From Polyangiaceae bacterium (GTDB lineage: Bacteria; Myxococcota_A; Polyangia; Polyangiales; Polyangiaceae), in assembly GCA_036500245.1 (NCBI GenBank), contig DASYCL010000684.1, forward strand, positions 1 through 41,188: DNA of 41,188 bases, in the 5' to 3' direction. The position numbers were made by a program, and so were the translations under genes. Below the pieces are notes generated by a model, which saw only the letters and a program-made list of their open reading frames with translations, searched no databases and was not told the DNA's origin. How positions within the stretch are numbered: position 1 is the stretch's first letter; the number at the start of each line of letters is the position of its first letter. Below, piece after piece: positions 36,906-41,188 of this stretch.

Positions 36906-37844
36906 TCACGTTGGGTTGGAAGCGGGGCGGCGCGCTTTGCGCTTCGATCCGGCGCGCGGGCCGCGGCGGTCGACGCCCAAGACGCGCACCAAATCCAAGA
37001 ATTTGTGCAGTGCCGGCGACAGATTTTGCTGACGCCAGACGATCAGGAGCTCGACCTGTGGCGCGCCTGCGATCGGACGAAAGCTCAAGCCAGGCCGGCG
37101 AAAGTTGCGCATCGAGGAAGGCATGATCGAGACACCGAAGCCCGCGGCGATCATGCTGATGATGTCGAGCTGCGGCGCCTCTTGCACGATCCGCGGCGTG
37201 AAGCCCGCGGCGCGGCACAAGCCCATCAGTTGGTCGAAGTAAGCCGGGCCGCGTGAACGCGGAAACATCACGAACGGTTCGTGTGACAGCGCGGAGAGCG
37301 CAATCAAGCGTCGCGAGCAGAGCGGATGGTCGTCGGGCAGCACGACCATCAGCGCTTCGCTGCGCACGCGTTCGGATACGAGTGTCGGATCGTCCACCGA
37401 CGAGCGCACGAAGCCGACGTCGAGGTTGCCGGCTTTTAACGCGTCGATCTGTTCGCCCGGTGACATTTCGCGAAGCGCGATCGCGACCGCGGGAAAGCGC
37501 GTGCGGAACGCGCGTAAGAGTTCGGTGAGCCCGCTGTAGGCGAGCGAAGACGGATAGCCGACCACGACTCGTCCGCTCTCGCCCTCGCTCGCGCCGCGCG
37601 CGTCGTGAATCGCGGCGTCGAGGGTGTCGAAGACGTGGCGCGCGCCGTTCAGCAAGGTGTTACCCGCAGGGGTGAGTTCGACGCGCCGGCGCGAACGCTC
37701 GAACAGCTGGAACCCGAGCTCGGCCTCGAGCAGCTGGATCTGCCGACTGAGCGGCGGCTGGGCCATGTGCAGGCGCTGCGCGGCGCGCCCGAAGTGCAAC
37801 TCTTCGGCGACCGTAACAAAGTATCGCAAATGCCGAAGCTCCAT
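36906..37844 (-). CDS. LysR-type transcriptional regulator (BenM/CatR/AlsR-like)
   Basis: MELRHLRYFVTVAEELHFGRAAQRLHMAQPPLSRQIQLLEAELG HTH; PBP2 substrate-binding domain. Confidence 0.93.
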   Translation of the reverse strand: MELRHLRYFVTVAEELHFGRAAQRLHMAQPPLSRQIQLLEAELGFQLFERSRRRVELTPAGNTLLNGARHVFDTLDAAIHDARGASEGESGRVVVGYPSSLAYSGLTELLRAFRTRFPAVAIALREMSPGEQIDALKAGNLDVGFVRSSVDDPTLVSERVRSEALMVVLPDDHPLCSRRLIALSALSHEPFVMFPRSRGPAYFDQLMGLCRAAGFTPRIVQEAPQLDIISMIAAGFGVSIMPSSMRNFRRPGLSFRPIAGAPQVELLIVWRQQNLSPALHKFLDLVRVLGVDRRGPRAGSKRKARRPASNPT

Positions 37845-37877
37845 CGATCGCGCGTCCTTCGCCGTGAACTACGTCAC

Positions 37878-37896
37878 TGATACCTTAAAAGTATCA
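37878..37896. promoter_or_regulatory. LysR recognition site TGATAC-N7-GTATCA
   Basis: Perfect inverted repeat containing ATAC-N7-GTAT (T-N11-A) in the AT-rich divergent promoter region between lysR and the RND gene. Confidence 0.75.
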
Positions 37897-38007
37897 CAGG
37901 GTCGGAAACAATATATTGGACGATCGCTCCGGCGGACCTTAGGAGGTAGCAAGCCTGCCGTTTGCTGCGGTCCTGCGGATCGGCGGCGCGTTCAAGCGGT
38001 CTTTCTC

Positions 38008-41000
38008 ATGTGGCTCGTACTCGTCGCGCTCAAGCGCCCCTACACGTTCGTCGTGATGTCGATGCTGATCGTCATCTTGGGCGTTTTCACGATTATCCGG
38101 ATGCCGGTCGACATTTTCCCGGACATCGACATCCCGGTCGTCACCGTGATCTGGAACTACGCCGGGCTGCCCCCTGAAGAGATGGAGCAGCGCATCACCA
38201 CCGGTTACGAGCGCGTGCTCACGACCACGGTGAACGATGTCGAGCACGTCGAGAGCCAGACGCTGAGCGGCATCGCCGTGATCAAGATCTTCTTTCAGCC
38301 GGGCGCCAGCATCGACGCGGCCGTTTCGCAGGTGACCGCGATCTCGCAAACCTGGGTGAGGCAACTGCCGGCAGGCGGGACGCCGCCTTTCATCATTCGC
38401 TACAGCGCTTCGAACGTGCCGATTTTGCAGATCGGTCTCGAGAGCGACACGTTGAGTGAGCAGCAGCTCTTCGACTACGGCGTGAACTTCATCCGCGCCG
38501 ATATCGCGACGGTGCCAGGCGCACAGCTGCCGTATCCCTACGGTGGCAAGCAACGCCAGGTCGTGATCGATATCGAACCCAAGAAGCTCTACGCATGGGG
38601 CCTCTCGCCGCGCGACGTGAGCAATGCGCTGGGGTTGCAGAACGTGGTTTTGCCCACCGGCACGGCAAAGATGGGTGTCGAGGAATACCCGATCCTAATG
38701 AATTCGAGTCCCGAGCTGATCTCGCAGCTCGGGGAAATTCCAATCAAAACCGTCAACGGCACCACCATCTACATCAAAGACGTGGCCAACGTGCGCGACG
38801 GTTACTCGCCCCAGACCAGCATGGTGCACGTCTCCGGCAAGCGCTCGGTGCTGATGAGCATCCTCAAAAACGGCAGCGCGAGCACGCTCGACGTCGTCCG
38901 TCGCATCCGCGAGATCTTGCCGACCACGATGGCCAAGCTGCCGAAGGAGCTGAAGGCCTCGTTGATGTTCGATCAATCCGTGTTCGTGCGCGCGGCGATC
39001 TCCGGCGTGGTGCGCGAGGCGGTTATTGCGGCGGCCCTCACCGCATTGATGATCCTGCTCTTCCTCGGCAGCTGGCGCAGCACGTTGATCGTCGTGATCT
39101 CGATTCCGCTCTCGATCTTGGTGTCGATCGTGATGCTGCACGCGCTCGGGCACACGCTCAACGTGATGACCTTGGGCGGCATGGCCCTCGCGGTCGGCAT
39201 CTTGGTCGACGACGCGACCGTCGAGATCGAGAACATTCACCGGAACCTGGCTCAGCGAAAGACAATGGTTCGCGCGATCCTGGACGGCGCCCAGGAAATT
39301 GCGCTGCCGGCGCTGGTGTCCACGTTGTGCATTTGCATCGTGTTCGTGCCGGTAGCGTTCATTGCCGGCGCGGCGAAATCCTTGTTCGTGCCACTCGCGC
39401 TCGCGGTCGTGTTCGCGATGCTCACGTCGTACATTCTGTCGCGTACGCTCGTGCCGACGCTCGTGCGCTACTTGCTCGAGAAGGAAGTGAACGCGCACGC
39501 GCAGGGCCTCGACTCGCTGCACCCGCTCGGCCCGGTCGGGCGCTTTTTTGCGGCGTTCGAGCGCGGGTTTGCGCGGCTGCGCATCGCCTACGGCGGCCTG
39601 CTCGCCTGGACGCTCGACAATCGTGCTGCGTTCGCGGCCGTGTTTTTGACCTTCGTCGTGACGTCCGCAGCGGTGCTCACGCCTCTACTAGGTCGCGATT
39701 TCTTTCCCAGCGTGGATGCCGGCTTGATCAAGCTGCATGTGCGCGGCGCGCCCGGCCTGCGCGTCGAAGAGTCGGAGCGGCGTTTCGCGGCGATCGAAGA
39801 AACCGTCAAAACCGTGATCCCGAAGGACGATCGCGACGATGATCGACACGATCGGCGTGCCGAACAGCGGCATCAATCTGTCGCTTAGTGAAGGCGCTCT
39901 GATTTCGCCTTCGGACGGCCAAATCATGATCTCGCTGAAAGGGGGCCACAAACCGACGCAAGACTACGTGCGCAAATTGCGCCGGACGCTGCACCGCGAG
40001 TACCCTGAGACGACGTTCTTTTTCTTGGCACCGGATATCTCGACACAGGTGTTGAACTTCGGTCTGGCCGCGCCGATCGACGTGCAACTCGTCGGCGCGC
40101 CGGGCAAAGAGGCGGATACGCTCGCCGTCGCGCGCAAGATCATGACGCAGATGCGCAGCATCCCGGGCGCCGCCGACGTGCACATGGCCCAAGTCTTGAC
40201 CAAACCCGAGCTTCGCATCGACGTGAACCGCACGATGGCATCGATGGCCGGGCTCACGCAGAAAGACGTGGCCAGTGACATCTTGGTGTCGCTGTCTTCG
40301 AGCACACAGGTTGCTCCGAGTTTTTGGCTCGATGCGAAGCGCGGCGTGCAATACGCCGTCGCGATCCAAACGCCGCAATACGAGAACAACAGCGTCGACG
40401 CCGTCGATCAGACACCGATCTCGGTCGGGACCGACACGCCGCAGCTGCTCTCGAACATGGCTTCGATCTCGCGCACCATGGGACCGGCGAACATCACGCA
40501 CCTGAACGCCGCGCGCACCTACGACGTGCAGGCCAACGTCGACGGCACAGATCTCGGCTCGGTTTCGAGCGCCGTGTCCAAGATCGTCGACGCGATGAAG
40601 CCGAGTTTCCCCCGTGGCACGACGGCCAAAATCAAAGGCCAAGCCGAAAGCATGGAATCGTCCTTCACTGGCCTGAGCTATGGGCTGATCTTCTCGGTCG
40701 TGCTCGTGTACTTGCTGATGGTGGTCAATTTCCAGTCCTGGCTCGACCCGTTGGTGATCTTGATGGCGCTACCGGGCGCGATCGCCGGCATCATTTGGAT
40801 ACTGTTTTTGTCTCACACGACGCTGAGCGTGCCGGCGCTGATGGGCTCGATCATGTGCGTCGGCGTGGCGACGGCAAACAGCATCCTGGTGGTCACCTTC
40901 GCCAACGACATGCGGGTGGTCGGGTTGGACTCGGTCAAGGCCGCGCTCGCCGCCGGCATGACGCGCCTGCGCCCCGTGATCATGACCGCGCTCGCGATGA

Positions 41001-41188
41001 TCATCGGCATGTTGCCGATGTCGCTCGGTTTGGGTGAGGGGGGCGAGCAAAACGCGCCGCTGGGCCGCGCCGTCATCGGCGGCCTGATGCTCGCCACCGT
41101 GACCACGCTCTTCTTCGTTCCCGTGATGTACAGCTTGCTGCGCACCAAGCCGCCCGCCGCCATCGATCCGACTTTGGAGGAAGTATGA
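38008..41188 (+). pseudogene. RND efflux permease (AcrB/CzcA/NolG family) split by a frameshift near 39829; real lesion or sequencing error
   Basis: ATG 38008 MWLVLVALKRPYTF, DIFPDIDIP, GILVDDA...ENI. The second frame 39830-41188 has RLRPVIMTALAMIIGMLP. The fused product would be ~1060 aa. Confidence 0.85.

Overview
This is a high-GC bacterial chromosomal window. Gene content (Gly/Thr-rich lipoproteins, a vWA lipoprotein, a Ser/Thr kinase, stand-alone CBM11-like proteins) suggests a myxobacterium, probably Polyangiaceae/Sorangium-like; this assignment is an inference. The first ~16 kb is a cellulose/cellodextrin-utilisation locus. It holds two CBM11-like proteins, a clan GH-A hydrolase, a lipoprotein CBM4-Ig-GH9 cellulase, GH94 cellobiose phosphorylase, a vWA lipoprotein, a LamB-like outer-membrane protein and an MFS transporter. 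Six intergenic copies of a palindrome close to TGGAACCGGTTCCA link these genes. The rest is mixed housekeeping and accessory genes: Mo-oxidoreductase/PepSY pair, class II amidotransferase, ChaN, HelD-like helicase, Zn-ADH, Ppx, esterase, gerW-ytfI-gerW-like trio, lysine 6-aminotransferase, lactonase, GT-C-like membrane protein, kinase, thioredoxin-fused APS reductase, LRR lipoprotein, LysR and a frameshifted RND permease. Two non-coding highlights stand out: a modular dispersed repeat present twice (14.2-14.5 kb and 23.0-23.2 kb), and a densely base-paired ~260-nt candidate structured RNA at 32.34-32.60 kb with an antisense 15-aa micro-ORF. I found no rRNA, tRNA, CRISPR array, transposase or integrase. 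All family assignments come from motif recognition by eye, not database searches.
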